Source: an uncultured cyanobacterium
Lineage (GTDB): Bacteria; Cyanobacteriota; Cyanobacteriia; Phormidesmidales; Phormidesmidaceae
DNA length: 64,000 nt
Assembly (NCBI GenBank): GCA_963793265.1
Contig: CAWBZI010000006.1
Coordinates: 992,001-1,056,000, forward strand
Direction: 5' to 3'
Of this stretch, positions 37,905 to 48,027 are shown piece after piece (positions within the stretch are counted from its first letter, which is position 1; every line of letters begins with the position of its first letter). The translations under genes and the position numbers were made by a program. The notes below the pieces were generated by a model. That model had not been told where the DNA came from. It ran no database searches and saw nothing but the letters and a program-made list of their open reading frames with translations.

Positions 37905-40115
37905 ATGGCATCCCCATTTATCAAACGCTACCTGCTTGCGCTGAACCGCTATAAGTGGCCGGGTTTGTTCACCTTTCTCTCTATTTTGGGGGCCTCTAGC
38001 ATCGTCGCCTTCCAGCCCGATCCGCCTGAAGAATATTTCTCAGAGGCCAGGCTAGTCGATAACTCGCCTCTTGTCGCATTCACAGCGACAGGCACTCAGG
38101 TGCAAAATCAAGGTATCGGCATTATTGACGAAGAACTGCTGCTCTCTGAAATTTTGCTCAACGAGGTATCGAGTCAGCTCAGAACGCGCGGCATTATCTT
38201 AACGCCTGAAGAACTCAGAGAAAACACCCGAATTGCAGTGGAAGCCGCAGGCCCACCAGATACGCCAGAGTCGCTGAATCGCAGAGTGACCGTACGCTAC
38301 GCCGGGCCAGACCGCGAAGAGGCTACAACGGTGATGAACCTGATGGTTCAGGCCATGATTGAGCTAAGTCAGCTTACTAACACACAAAGGCTGAGAGATA
38401 TTTCAAATGAACTCAATAAGCGTCTGCCTGAGATTGAAGCTGAACTACGAGAAGCAGAAAGGGATCTAGAAAGATACGATCGTCAAGAAGGCCCGGCAAT
38501 TCAGGCATCAATTGACGGCAGTTTGCTAGGTGCAATTACCGGTAGTCAGCAGCAGTTTCGGTCAAACCAGATCACGCTTGCTGGAATTGAGGCACAGATG
38601 CAAAGCATTCAGTCTCAGCTCGGACTCACGCCGTCTCAAGCCTACGCATCTTCTGCATTGAGCGCCGATCCGCTGATTGCCCAACTGCGGGCTCAAATTT
38701 CTGAGACAGAAACCCAGCAGGCTTTGCTCGCAACCCGTGGGATTAAACCCGATCATCCCAATCGCGTCGCCGTTCGAGAAAATCTGGCCGCGTTTAGTGC
38801 GCTGCTAGAACAGCGCGCAAGCGAGGTGCTCAGCGGTGATGGGGTGGCTCAGCCCATCTCAGGGCAGGTGCGCCGTGATAGCAGTTTAGATCCAGCGCGG
38901 GCGGCACTGGCCAACCAGCTAGTGGCTTTAGATACGCAAAGAGATGCTTTAATATCGCAGCAAAATGTTATTCAACAATCAGCCGCCGATCTTCAGCAGC
39001 AATATTCGCAGCTACCGAACAAGCAGCTAGAGCGCAACCGTTTGGCACAGCAAACGGCCCTACGCCGAGCGCTATATGACAGCTTACAGGCCAGACTGGT
39101 AGATGCAGAAGCTGCCCAAGCTGAAACAGTGAGTAGTTTGACAGTGGCTAATGCACCTGCAACGTACCTTAATGAGCAGGAGCGCCCCCCTGCGGCTTTA
39201 ATTTTGTTAGCAGGTGGCCTTACCGGCTTAATCGTCGGCGGCGGTGTCGTTTATCTGCTCGATATGCTCGACGGCACGGTGCGTACGGCTGAAGAACTCG
39301 AAGGGCTATTGCAGGCTCAAGAGGTGCCGATGCTCGGTATTATTCCGGCGATGAAGACGCGATCTTCGCGGGCGGTGCCAGTGCTTGTGCAGCCAGATTC
39401 GGCCTATCACGCTAGCTACGAGCGGTTCTTGAGCCGGTTGCGACTGGTGGGCACTGAGGAGAGTTCGATTGGGCCTCGGATGATTGTACTCACCAGTACC
39501 CGGTCACAAGAAGGGAAGAGTGTGAGTGCTTATAATTTGGCGATCGCCTCAGCCAGAGCAGGCCGCCGCACACTACTTATCGAAGCCGATCTCAGATCAA
39601 GCTCAAAATCCGAAATTCTGGGGCTTATGGCCGACTCACAGGCAGTCATGGAGCCTTTGCGCTACTACAGCGGCCAAATTGGCCAGAACGTACAAATGGT
39701 TTCTCAGGTAGAAAACCTGTATGTGTGTCCATCGCCGGGGCCTCAGCGCCAGCCAGCCGCCATTATCGAATCAAGTGAAATGCAGCGGTTCCTTAAGGAC
39801 GCGCGCACTCGCTTTGACATGGTGATTTTAGATACGCCTTCGCTCACGCGCTGCGATGACGCGCTGCTGCTCGAAGAACAAACGGACGGCATTGTATTAG
39901 TCACTCGCCCTGGCGTTACAGAAAAAGCAGTACTCGATACAGCCATCGAGGAACTAGAGCTAAGCGATGATGTACGTCTGCTTGGCGCGATTGTGAATGC
40001 AGCTCGTATCGGCGCGCAAGACCTATCGCTAGACAATGAAGTGAACGAAGAACCGATTGAGCTAGCGCGTGAGCCTGAGTTTAGCGGCACGTCTTCTGGC
40101 CGGATTGACTTCTAG
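37905..40115 (+). CDS. Polysaccharide co-polymerase / BY-kinase-like protein (Wzc/GumC)
   Basis: Two TM helices flanking a coiled coil; TS....EGKS, LIEADLR, ILDTP. Confidence 0.9.
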   Translation: MASPFIKRYLLALNRYKWPGLFTFLSILGASSIVAFQPDPPEEYFSEARLVDNSPLVAFTATGTQVQNQGIGIIDEELLLSEILLNEVSSQLRTRGIILTPEELRENTRIAVEAAGPPDTPESLNRRVTVRYAGPDREEATTVMNLMVQAMIELSQLTNTQRLRDISNELNKRLPEIEAELREAERDLERYDRQEGPAIQASIDGSLLGAITGSQQQFRSNQITLAGIEAQMQSIQSQLGLTPSQAYASSALSADPLIAQLRAQISETETQQALLATRGIKPDHPNRVAVRENLAAFSALLEQRASEVLSGDGVAQPISGQVRRDSSLDPARAALANQLVALDTQRDALISQQNVIQQSAADLQQQYSQLPNKQLERNRLAQQTALRRALYDSLQARLVDAEAAQAETVSSLTVANAPATYLNEQERPPAALILLAGGLTGLIVGGGVVYLLDMLDGTVRTAEELEGLLQAQEVPMLGIIPAMKTRSSRAVPVLVQPDSAYHASYERFLSRLRLVGTEESSIGPRMIVLTSTRSQEGKSVSAYNLAIASARAGRRTLLIEADLRSSSKSEILGLMADSQAVMEPLRYYSGQIGQNVQMVSQVENLYVCPSPGPQRQPAAIIESSEMQRFLKDARTRFDMVILDTPSLTRCDDALLLEEQTDGIVLVTRPGVTEKAVLDTAIEELELSDDVRLLGAIVNAARIGAQDLSLDNEVNEEPIELAREPEFSGTSSGRIDF

Positions 40116-40167
40116 AAGCCAGACTTCTAATAATCGGGCCGCCAAAAGCCAGACTTCTAATAATCGG
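40116..40167. repeat. 22-bp direct repeat x2
   Basis: AAGCCAGACTTCTAATAATCGG at 40116 and 40146. Confidence 0.85.
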
Positions 40168-40248
40168 ACGCGATCGTCGTAGGATAGGAAATGTAGCAAA
40201 AGCTATAGAATATCTGCGGCGAATCGCACGAATTAGAATCATCAACCC

Positions 40249-40578
40249 ATGACAACTTACTACTACGTAGCGGCCAGTCAGCGTTTTTTGCTAGACGAAG
40301 AGCCGCTAGATGAAGTGCTCGACGAGCGCCATCGTCACTACAAGTCTCAAGAAAAAGAGATTGATTTTTGGCTGGTCAAACAGCCTGCATTTTTACGTGC
40401 CCCTGAGCTAGCTGACGTTAAGGCGAAGTGCCCTCAGCCTGCGGCGGCGGTTATCTCTACCGATAAAACCTTCATCACCTGGCTCAAACTGCGGCTAGAG
40501 TATGTAGCGATCGGTCAGTTTGAAGCACCTTCCGATGCCATTCCAGACCCCTTAGCCTCATTAGAAACCGTCGCTTAA
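40249..40578 (+). CDS. ycf54: MgPME cyclase accessory protein Ycf54
   Basis: YYYVAASQRFLL.EEPL.EVL.ER...DFWLV.QPAFL...FITWLKLRLEYV. Confidence 0.93.
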   Translation: MTTYYYVAASQRFLLDEEPLDEVLDERHRHYKSQEKEIDFWLVKQPAFLRAPELADVKAKCPQPAAAVISTDKTFITWLKLRLEYVAIGQFEAPSDAIPDPLASLETVA

Positions 40579-40599
40579 AAAAAGTCTCCTGGAAAAGCT

Positions 40600-41301
40600 A
40601 TGTCATTTCTCAACCCTTTTTTTCGTACCCTGTCGCTCAAACCTCGACTTTTACTAGCCGGATTTAGCCTGGCAGCGATCGCCCCAATAGTCACAGCGAT
40701 GCCTGCTGTTGCTCAATCGCGTTTGCCCGCCTGCCCGCCGCCGATAAATCAAGAGTACTTACTGCTTGTCAGAGGCGAAACCGAGGCAGATCGTGAGCAG
40801 ATTGCTGCGGTTTTACCGGCTGATAACACGGTGCTGGTGTGTGAATATCTCAACGAAACGCTGGTGAGAGCAGGCGGCTTTGAAAGCTTAGAGACAGTTA
40901 ACGCCTGGGCCACCTACATGACCACGGTTGAAGGGTTTGAGAGCTTTGTTTCTAGACCTTCAGCAACGCAAACCGCTGCTAGACCTGCTGCTAGCTCTGG
41001 CAGTTCAACCGGTCAAGTCGGCACACCGACTGCCGACTATCAGCCGCGCCGATTAGCCCCAGGCTACGCAGTGCTGGTGGACTATGGCATTCGCCCCGAG
41101 GTCGCCGTAACGGTCGAGCAGATTGTACGGCCTGTAGGACTGGCAGTTTACCGGCAAAGATCTTACTTACTCGCTGACTACACGAGCGATGCAGCCAGCG
41201 CCGCTATTACGTTAGAAAGGCTTAGCGACGCGCAGCTCAGAGCCATTTTGGTAGATGCGCAGCAGGTGGTGCAAATGGCTCCAGAAATCGCGGCATTCTA
41301 G
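40600..41301 (+). CDS. Hypothetical secreted protein
   Basis: Signal peptide ending AVA-Q; C.PP...EYLLLV and YAVLVDY motifs. Confidence 0.72.
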   Translation: MSFLNPFFRTLSLKPRLLLAGFSLAAIAPIVTAMPAVAQSRLPACPPPINQEYLLLVRGETEADREQIAAVLPADNTVLVCEYLNETLVRAGGFESLETVNAWATYMTTVEGFESFVSRPSATQTAARPAASSGSSTGQVGTPTADYQPRRLAPGYAVLVDYGIRPEVAVTVEQIVRPVGLAVYRQRSYLLADYTSDAASAAITLERLSDAQLRAILVDAQQVVQMAPEIAAF

Positions 41302-41314
41302 GGCATATTTTTTG

Positions 41315-41770
41315 CTAGGCGGTAGGCGCAGATAGCCAGGCGATCATTACGCCCAGCGCAGAGCCCACAATGACCTGAACGGGGGTATGCCCTAGTAGTT
41401 CTTTGAGCCGGTCTTGATTGAATTCGGCATGTTCCTGAAACAGCTCGTCCAGGATTTGGTTGAGGACTTTGGCCTGTTTGCCAGCGGCCTGACGAACGCC
41501 CGCAGCGTCGTACATGACGATGACGGCGAATACGGAGGTGACTGCAAAAGCGGGCGTATTCCAGCCGATAGTTTGGCCGACGCCACAGGCTAAGGCGGTG
41601 ACCAAAGCTGAGTGGGCACTAGGCATACCGCCAGTTTCGACAAGTACTCGGGGGTTGATAGAGCGGTGCTGAGCGAACTCAAAGACAAGCTTTAGCGCTT
41701 GAGCGGCGATGCAGGCAACAAGGGCTACCCACAGCACATGATTATCGAAGATTTGGTTGAAGTCCTGCAT
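41315..41770 (-). CDS. Divergent PAP2 (DUF212) family protein
   Basis: GGMPSAHSA, VMYDAAGVR, LKELLGHTP; ATG at 41770. Confidence 0.92.
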   Translation of the reverse strand: MQDFNQIFDNHVLWVALVACIAAQALKLVFEFAQHRSINPRVLVETGGMPSAHSALVTALACGVGQTIGWNTPAFAVTSVFAVIVMYDAAGVRQAAGKQAKVLNQILDELFQEHAEFNQDRLKELLGHTPVQVIVGSALGVMIAWLSAPTA

Positions 41771-41882
41771 GGGTGAGTGATACGGGCCAGTAGTATAGGC
41801 CACGGACAAGTTAAGTTGGGCGAGCTGATCTGAACTGAATTGAGACTGTAGAGATGAGACTGTAGAGATAAGAGAAGAGAGC

Positions 41883-42794
41883 TTAGTGGGTGCGGGCGGT
41901 GATGTATTGAGCGATCGCAATCAAAGGCCGCGCTTTCTCACCGAAGCTATCTAGCTCAGCAATGGCCTCCGCAATTAATTGATCAGCCTTACGTCTCGAT
42001 ACCTCTAAACCCCAAAGGCTTGGATAGGTCGCCTTCTTTGCCACCAAATCTTTACCGGCAGATTTGCCCAGCTCTTCAGACGTTGCGGTGATATCTAAAA
42101 CATCATCCACAATTTGAAAGGCCAAACCAATACGCTGAGCGTAGCGCCTCAACTGCTCGACAGTAGAGTGCTCAGCGCCAGCTAAGAAGGCCGCAGATGT
42201 CACCGAAACCTCTAGCAGCGCGGCGGTTTTGTGCATATGAATAAACGTCAGCGTGCTCTCGTCAATCGTCTTCCCCTCAGAGTCCAAATCGACAATTTGT
42301 CCGCCCACTAAGCCTGCTGCGCCAACTGCCTTACCGAGAGCCGCTACCACTTTAAGGATTTGATTCGGGTCTGCGCCTTCGGTTTGCATCGCAATATGCT
42401 CAAAGGCGTAGGCGAGCAGCCCATCTCCTGCCAATACGGCCACGTCTTCGCCATAGACTTTGTGATTAGTGAGCTTGCCCCGGCGATAGTCGTCGTCATC
42501 CATCGCAGGCAAGTCGTCATGAATTAGCGACATCGTATGCACCATCTCTAGTGCGCAGGCCGTCGGCATCGCCGTTGCGATAGGAGCCTCTAACATTTCG
42601 CAGGTTGCCAGGCACAAAATAGGCCGCAGCCTTTTGCCGCCAGCCATCAGCGAGTAGCGCATCGCTTCATAAATTTGCTCTGGGTACACCACCAGCAGCG
42701 CTTTGTCTAAGGCAGCTTCAACCTGAGCGGCCCGTTCAACGAGATAGCTTTTAAGGTCAAAAGCAGTCGGGCTATCGATGTTAGTGGTCACCAT
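41883..42794 (-). CDS. crtE: Geranylgeranyl diphosphate synthase
   Basis: [28 protein letters not shown]. Confidence 0.94.
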   Translation of the reverse strand: MVTTNIDSPTAFDLKSYLVERAAQVEAALDKALLVVYPEQIYEAMRYSLMAGGKRLRPILCLATCEMLEAPIATAMPTACALEMVHTMSLIHDDLPAMDDDDYRRGKLTNHKVYGEDVAVLAGDGLLAYAFEHIAMQTEGADPNQILKVVAALGKAVGAAGLVGGQIVDLDSEGKTIDESTLTFIHMHKTAALLEVSVTSAAFLAGAEHSTVEQLRRYAQRIGLAFQIVDDVLDITATSEELGKSAGKDLVAKKATYPSLWGLEVSRRKADQLIAEAIAELDSFGEKARPLIAIAQYITARTH

Positions 42795-42845
42795 GGGAGG
42801 GCAAAAGGGGGGCAAGGAAAAGAACAAAAGGCAAAGAGGCAAACG

Positions 42846-43754
42846 CTACGACGTAGACGAAACAGAGGCAGACGATATGTTCATCCGGTTGCAGTAGCTC
42901 ACAATTGTATTCTCTAACAGCATGGCCACCGTCATCGGCCCGATTCCACCGGGCACGGGCGTAATCGCACTCGCAACCGGTTCAACTGAGGCAAAATCGA
43001 CATCGCCAACCAGCCGTGACTTACCTGTATCTGGGCCTGTATCTGGGTTTGTAATGCGGTTGATACCGACATCAATGACGGTGGCATTGGGTTTGACCAT
43101 GGGGCCATCAATCAAATTAGGAATACCAACGGCTGCTACTAGAATATCGGCTGAGCGAGTCAATTCAGATAAGTTTTGCGATTTTGAATGGGCCATCGTG
43201 GGGGTTGCATTGGCAGCGAGCAGCATCAGTCCGATGGGCTTGCCCACTAAAATGCTGCGACCTAATACGACCGCAGTTTTACCTGCTAGCGGAATGTCGT
43301 AAAAGTTGAGCAGCCGCATGATGCCTGCTGGCGTGCAGCTTCGCAGGCCAGGCTCTCCTCTAACCAACCGGCCTAAGTTAATCGGATGGAGCCCGTCTAC
43401 GTCTTTATCTGGATCGATCAGGTTGAGTAGCGCAGTGGAGTCTAGGTGATCGGGTAGCGGTAGCTGGACTAGAATGCCATCGACTAAAGGATTTTGATTT
43501 AACGCTAAGATTTCTGTGGCGATCGCATCCTGGCTGCTTTCTTTGGGCAAGTTTTTACCGAGTGAGGCAATGCCCACGCGATCACAAGCCCTTTCCTTAT
43601 TGCGCACATAGGCGGCGCTAGCAGGATTATCACCGACCATCAGCACGGCTAATCCTGGCGGACGACCGCAGCGCTGGGTCCAGTTTTTTACACTGGCTAA
43701 GCGGTCGGCTTGAATCTGTTGTGCGAGAGCTTTCCCGTCTAGGAGCTGAGCCAT
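42846..43754 (-). CDS. folD: Methylenetetrahydrofolate dehydrogenase/cyclohydrolase
   Basis: [34 protein letters not shown]. Confidence 0.96.
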   Translation of the reverse strand: MAQLLDGKALAQQIQADRLASVKNWTQRCGRPPGLAVLMVGDNPASAAYVRNKERACDRVGIASLGKNLPKESSQDAIATEILALNQNPLVDGILVQLPLPDHLDSTALLNLIDPDKDVDGLHPINLGRLVRGEPGLRSCTPAGIMRLLNFYDIPLAGKTAVVLGRSILVGKPIGLMLLAANATPTMAHSKSQNLSELTRSADILVAAVGIPNLIDGPMVKPNATVIDVGINRITNPDTGPDTGKSRLVGDVDFASVEPVASAITPVPGGIGPMTVAMLLENTIVSYCNRMNISSASVSSTS

Positions 43755-43935
43755 AATGGTAAAATGTGCCACTGGCCAACGAGGCCATTTAAGAGAAATA
43801 ACAAGGACGAGTACGATTTAATCGAAGCGTTGCCGCTAAAGCACTGAAACCAGATTACCAAAGCAGCGTAGGATTTTTTTGAAATGCCTTTTGAAATGCC
43901 TTCTAAAATACCTGCGTTTGTCATTAATAACTACT

Positions 43936-44415
43936 ATGATCCATTCTTCTTTTGACGCTTCATATCATTACTTATCTGGCATATCTATCAAACCCTCTAG
44001 ATTGTTAAGCGCTGCGCTACTGCCTTTTGCACTCGCAGGCTGCACCCTGTCTGAAGTTAGCTCAGAGATAAGCACTGAGACTGTCTCACAGCCAGCAATT
44101 TCGGTGCGCCTGCCCTCCATTCGACTGGCTAATCGCTCGACTGTCAGCATTGATTCTTTGACGGCTGAGCAAACGGACAAAACGGTCGCGATCGCAGGCA
44201 CCGTCGATCAGCGCGCTGCCGTCTTAGAGGGCTGGCTATACAAAGTGAGCGACGACAGCGGCAGTCTGTGGGTGCTCAGCGATGAATCTACGCCAGAAGT
44301 CGGTGAAGCGGTGACCATTGAAGGGGTTGTGCGCTACGAGGAGATTGTGGTGGGCGAAATCGACGCGGGCGACGTTTACCTACAAGAGCAGTCTTACGAA
44401 CCGAGCGGTGAATAG
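43936..44415 (+). CDS. OB-fold putative lipoprotein
   Basis: Lipobox LAGC; V.I.G.V...Y.V.D.SG.LWV OB-fold pattern; start uncertain. Confidence 0.65.
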   Translation: MIHSSFDASYHYLSGISIKPSRLLSAALLPFALAGCTLSEVSSEISTETVSQPAISVRLPSIRLANRSTVSIDSLTAEQTDKTVAIAGTVDQRAAVLEGWLYKVSDDSGSLWVLSDESTPEVGEAVTIEGVVRYEEIVVGEIDAGDVYLQEQSYEPSGE

Positions 44416-44420
44416 CGACC

Positions 44421-45035
44421 ATGCCGACCTATCAAGAGCACGCCATCACCCTTGCGAGCTTTAAGCAAATTGATCGCGAAGTGAGCACTCATAGTTTTAC
44501 CAAAGATGAATACGCCGTGGTGCGCCGCGTCCTTCACACCACCGCCGACTTTGAATTTCAGCAGCTTCTTCAGTTCAGCCAGCAGCCTTTTTTAGCCGCC
44601 AGGCAAGCCTTCACACAGCATCAGCCCGTTGTCACCGATGTTTCGATGGTGGCCGCAGGCATTGGCGGCGTGATGGCTAAAACTTGGGACTCACCGATTG
44701 AGGTGGCCGTGAAGCGGGTGAAAACTTGCCCACCGACCCAGACTCGCAGTGCACTAGGGATGGAGATGTGCGCTCAGGCATATCCAAACGCTATTTTCGC
44801 GATTGGCAATGCGCCTACGGCACTGATTGCGCTGTGTGAAGGCATTGAACGCGGTGAATATAGTCCTGCGCTCGTGATTGGCGCGCCAGTGGGTTTTATT
44901 AACGTGGTGGAGTCTAAGCAGGCGCTGGCGAAACTATCGGTGCCGTATATTTTGGTGGCTGGGCGCAAAGGTGGATCTGCGGTGGCCGCTGCGATTTTGA
45001 ATGCGCTGGCGATCGCAACCTGGGAGCAATCGTGA
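44421..45035 (+). CDS. cobH: Precorrin-8X / cobalt-precorrin-8 methylmutase
   Basis: RVLHTTAD, TRSA, IGNAPTAL, PVGF, GRKGGS. Confidence 0.94.
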   Translation: MPTYQEHAITLASFKQIDREVSTHSFTKDEYAVVRRVLHTTADFEFQQLLQFSQQPFLAARQAFTQHQPVVTDVSMVAAGIGGVMAKTWDSPIEVAVKRVKTCPPTQTRSALGMEMCAQAYPNAIFAIGNAPTALIALCEGIERGEYSPALVIGAPVGFINVVESKQALAKLSVPYILVAGRKGGSAVAAAILNALAIATWEQS

Positions 45036-46345
45036 CTGAGCCTGTGGCCGAGCCTGTGACCAAACCAGTTGTGCAAGTCATCGGCATCGGATTGGCAGGC
45101 CCAAAAAGCCTGTCCGCGCAGACGTTGGCGTTAGTCAATTCCGCAACGCTTTTAGTCGGAGGAAAGCGTCATCTAGTCGCTTTCAAGCATTTAAAAAAAA
45201 CGGTAGAATCATGGCCCTTAGGCGATTTCACTCGGGTATTTGCTGACTTGAAGTCGCGTCTTCAAGCTCATCCTGATACAAAGGCAGTCATCTTAGCCTC
45301 CGGCGATCCTTTATTCTTTGGCATCGGTCGCCTGCTACTGGAAGCCTTTCCCGCTGAGCAACTGACCTTTCACCCGCAAGTTAGTTCTATACAGCTAGCC
45401 TTCAGCCGTCTGAAGCTGCCCTGGCAAGATGCCACGCTTCTGAGCGTCCACGGACGCAGCGAAAAGCTACTAATTGAAGCGGTCAAACGAGGCGATTCAA
45501 AAATTGCGGTACTCACAGACGGCATACTGACGCCACAGGCGATCGCGACTCTCATCACAGCTCTCGACTTCCCTGTTCACTACCGCCTGTGGGTCTGTGA
45601 AAATTTAGGAAACGACGACGAGCGCGTGAGTGCACACTGGCCTAGCGAACTACAAGGCCAAACGTTTGCCTCTCTGAATGTTGTTATTCTAGTGCGTCAG
45701 GAATTAGAACCTCAGAACGAAGCGATTACTCGCCCTGAATCCAACGAGCTACCGCTGATCGGACTACCTGATGCGGCATTTAAGGGATTTGCGGATCGCC
45801 CTACGCTCATCACCAAGCGAGAAATCCGTCTGCTCATCCTTGGCGCACTCTCACCGCTAGATGGCGAAACCTTTTGGGATATTGGCGCGGGCACTGGCTC
45901 TGTGAGTATAGAGCTAAGCCGGTTATGCCCAAACGCTCAGCTGTATGCGATTGAGAAAACGGCGATGGGCGCAGCGTTGATTCGACAGAATGCGGAAAGG
46001 TTGGCGATCGCACCCATCCAAACCATCCAAACCCAAGCACCTGAGGCCCTAGCAGACTTACCTAGTGCAGATCGCGTGTTTATCGGTGGCAGCAGCGGGC
46101 AGCTTACGGCTATTCTCGATTTTTTGCATCGCCTAGTCGTTAGGCCGAAAAGGATTGTTTTAGCGATCGCCACCGTAGAGCACCTATCGCAGGTCATTAC
46201 CTGGGCCAAGCAGTCGACAATCGCAAATCACTGGCACTACCAGCTCACTCAAATCAACATTTCACGTTCTGTCCCTGTCGGCCCGCTCACCAGGCTGTTG
46301 CCCCTAAATCCAATTACGTTAGTGACACTATCTCTCTATAGTTAA
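45032..46345 (+). CDS. cbiE: Bifunctional precorrin-6Y C5,15-methyltransferase (CbiE-CbiT / CobL)
   Basis: ASGDPLFFGIG, SVHGR, ITKREIR, WDIGAGTGSV, FIGG. Confidence 0.92.
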   Translation: MTEPVAEPVTKPVVQVIGIGLAGPKSLSAQTLALVNSATLLVGGKRHLVAFKHLKKTVESWPLGDFTRVFADLKSRLQAHPDTKAVILASGDPLFFGIGRLLLEAFPAEQLTFHPQVSSIQLAFSRLKLPWQDATLLSVHGRSEKLLIEAVKRGDSKIAVLTDGILTPQAIATLITALDFPVHYRLWVCENLGNDDERVSAHWPSELQGQTFASLNVVILVRQELEPQNEAITRPESNELPLIGLPDAAFKGFADRPTLITKREIRLLILGALSPLDGETFWDIGAGTGSVSIELSRLCPNAQLYAIEKTAMGAALIRQNAERLAIAPIQTIQTQAPEALADLPSADRVFIGGSSGQLTAILDFLHRLVVRPKRIVLAIATVEHLSQVITWAKQSTIANHWHYQLTQINISRSVPVGPLTRLLPLNPITLVTLSLYS

Positions 46346-46401
46346 TAAAACATAAAAGCAAGGTATAAACGGCGCAATTTAACTACTTTTGCCTCGCTGC
46401 T

Positions 46402-46788
46402 TTATTCTGATTCTTCAGGGCGATCGCTATCAAGCTGCACCAAGCGAATATGCTTGTAGCCCAGCTTAATTTCAAACTCATCACCGGGCTTAAGGCCCAT
46501 TTCTTGAGTATAGGTAGAGCCGATTACGATTTGCCCGTTTTTGTGAACGCTAACGCGATAAGTCGGCTCTCTTCCTCTCCCATCTTTCGATCCTTCAGGA
46601 CTCAAAGAAATACCCCGAGCTTCTAGCAGCGCATCATAAAAATCAGCAAGGTTAGCTCTAATCTGATTTTCTTTAGTCAGCGTGTAGTAGCCACAAGCTT
46701 GCGCCCGCTCTCGTTTAGATAGATGGGCCAGCTCATCAAACTTTTGAAGGAGCGCTTTTCCTTTTAGCGGCGCGATTTTATCAGCCAT
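46402..46788 (-). CDS. Cyanobacterial AbrB-like transcriptional regulator (cyAbrB)
   Basis: L.GKALL...ACGYY...FYDALLEA...YRVSVHKNGQIVIG..YT...GDEFEIKLG.KHI; ATG at 46788. Confidence 0.92.
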   Translation of the reverse strand: MADKIAPLKGKALLQKFDELAHLSKRERAQACGYYTLTKENQIRANLADFYDALLEARGISLSPEGSKDGRGREPTYRVSVHKNGQIVIGSTYTQEMGLKPGDEFEIKLGYKHIRLVQLDSDRPEESE

Positions 46789-47427
46789 AGCCCTCGAACA
46801 TCTAACTTTTGAAAGTTTGCATAAAGTCTTACGCCAATAAAGGCCAGTTAAAGACCAGTACGAGCCTATAAAGCAATTACATATAAGCATAAAAGCTGGC
46901 AATGACGAAAACATCAACTCATAAAAAATTAAAACTGTATAACGTCAAAATTTAACGGCACAGCTCATTCGTTAAGGTTGCATTCTCTATCAAATACACA
47001 TTAGCTCAAACGATTGTATAGCTTGAGTGCACTAATAGCTTGGTTTTTTAATTCATGGTTGCAGCTAAGCTACGTCATCGTTAGCAAAATAGCTTCAAAG
47101 CAACGTGCAATAAGACTTTAAGTATCTTCAGGTTGCGTCCTTAGATTGTAGCTACCAGCCTATTAGTTTGGCCATTTGTTATAGAAAGTATGCTAAACAC
47201 CAGCACTTCTATCTATCACACATTCGATTACATTGAGCCTTATCAATCGTTGATCTCTTAACGCGGCTTCTTAATGCGATAGAAACGATTAAAACACCAT
47301 CCGAATCGTTGAATCTTCGAGCTTTCGGCAAATCTCTTCAATCCCTTCAATAGTGCAGAGGAGAAGATACCCAGTAATATAACCAGTAATATAAATAGAC
47401 ACAAAAGCAGACGCACCCTTATTTGCC

Positions 47428-47634
47428 ATGACTTCTAACTCATCGCCCGATTTGCCTAACTCAGCACCACTAGAGACACCTATAGCGACCGAGCCAGCAG
47501 CCGAGCCAAGCTTCGGCTGGACTCGGTATGCAGAGCAAATTAACGGTCGATTCGCCATGATCGGGTTTGTCGCGCTGCTGGTACTGCAGCTAGTAACGCG
47601 CCAGGACTTCTTTACGTGGATAGGTCTACCCTAG
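47428..47634 (+). CDS. hli: High-light-inducible protein (HLIP/SCP)
   Basis: FGW..YAEQINGRFAMIGF chlorophyll a/b-binding helix. Confidence 0.93.
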   Translation: MTSNSSPDLPNSAPLETPIATEPAAEPSFGWTRYAEQINGRFAMIGFVALLVLQLVTRQDFFTWIGLP

Positions 47635-47690
47635 ACGAGGCCAAAGGTATGTGTCCTGACTGCGTTCGTAGTCAAAATTCATAGTCAAAC

Positions 47691-47731
47691 AAAAAGAGCA
47701 AGCCATACCCAAAGGTCAACTTGCTCTTTTT
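47691..47731. terminator. Bidirectional terminator between hli and apcC
   Basis: AAAAAGAGCAAG...CTTGCTCTTTTT. Confidence 0.75.
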
Positions 47732-47742
47732 CGATTAAAATT

Positions 47743-47776
47743 TTTGAGCTGTAAGGCGATCGCCTTACAGCTCAAA
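47743..47776. repeat. Perfect 34-bp palindrome centred on HIP1
   Basis: TTTGAGCTGTAAGGCGA|TCGCCTTACAGCTCAAA. Confidence 0.92.
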
Positions 47777-47823
47777 CAATAGAACTCACATGGTCTAACC
47801 TAGCCTAGACCTAACAAAGCTTG

Positions 47824-48027
47824 CTATGCCAAACCTGTGTTTGCGCCCTGACGCCCTGTTGCTAGCTCTACTTTCATAATAGTGCCGCCCATTTTTTGAA
47901 TGCGCTGCTGCTCTTTAAACCAGTTCTCGTAAGGAACAAGCTTAGTGAAATAAGTATTTTGCAACTCGCGCTGAGTCCGAATCCTGGTTTGACTAGGAAC
48001 GCAAGCAGTGACTCGAAACATTCGCAT
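47824..48027 (-). CDS. apcC: Phycobilisome core linker LC7.8
   Basis: MRMFRVTACVPSQTRIRTQRELQNTYFTKLVPY. Confidence 0.97.
   Translation of the reverse strand: MRMFRVTACVPSQTRIRTQRELQNTYFTKLVPYENWFKEQQRIQKMGGTIMKVELATGRQGANTGLA

Noticed and set aside
40116..40167. 22-bp direct repeat as a mini-CRISPR or att site
   Set aside because: Only two copies, 8 nt apart, with no integrase or cas gene nearby.
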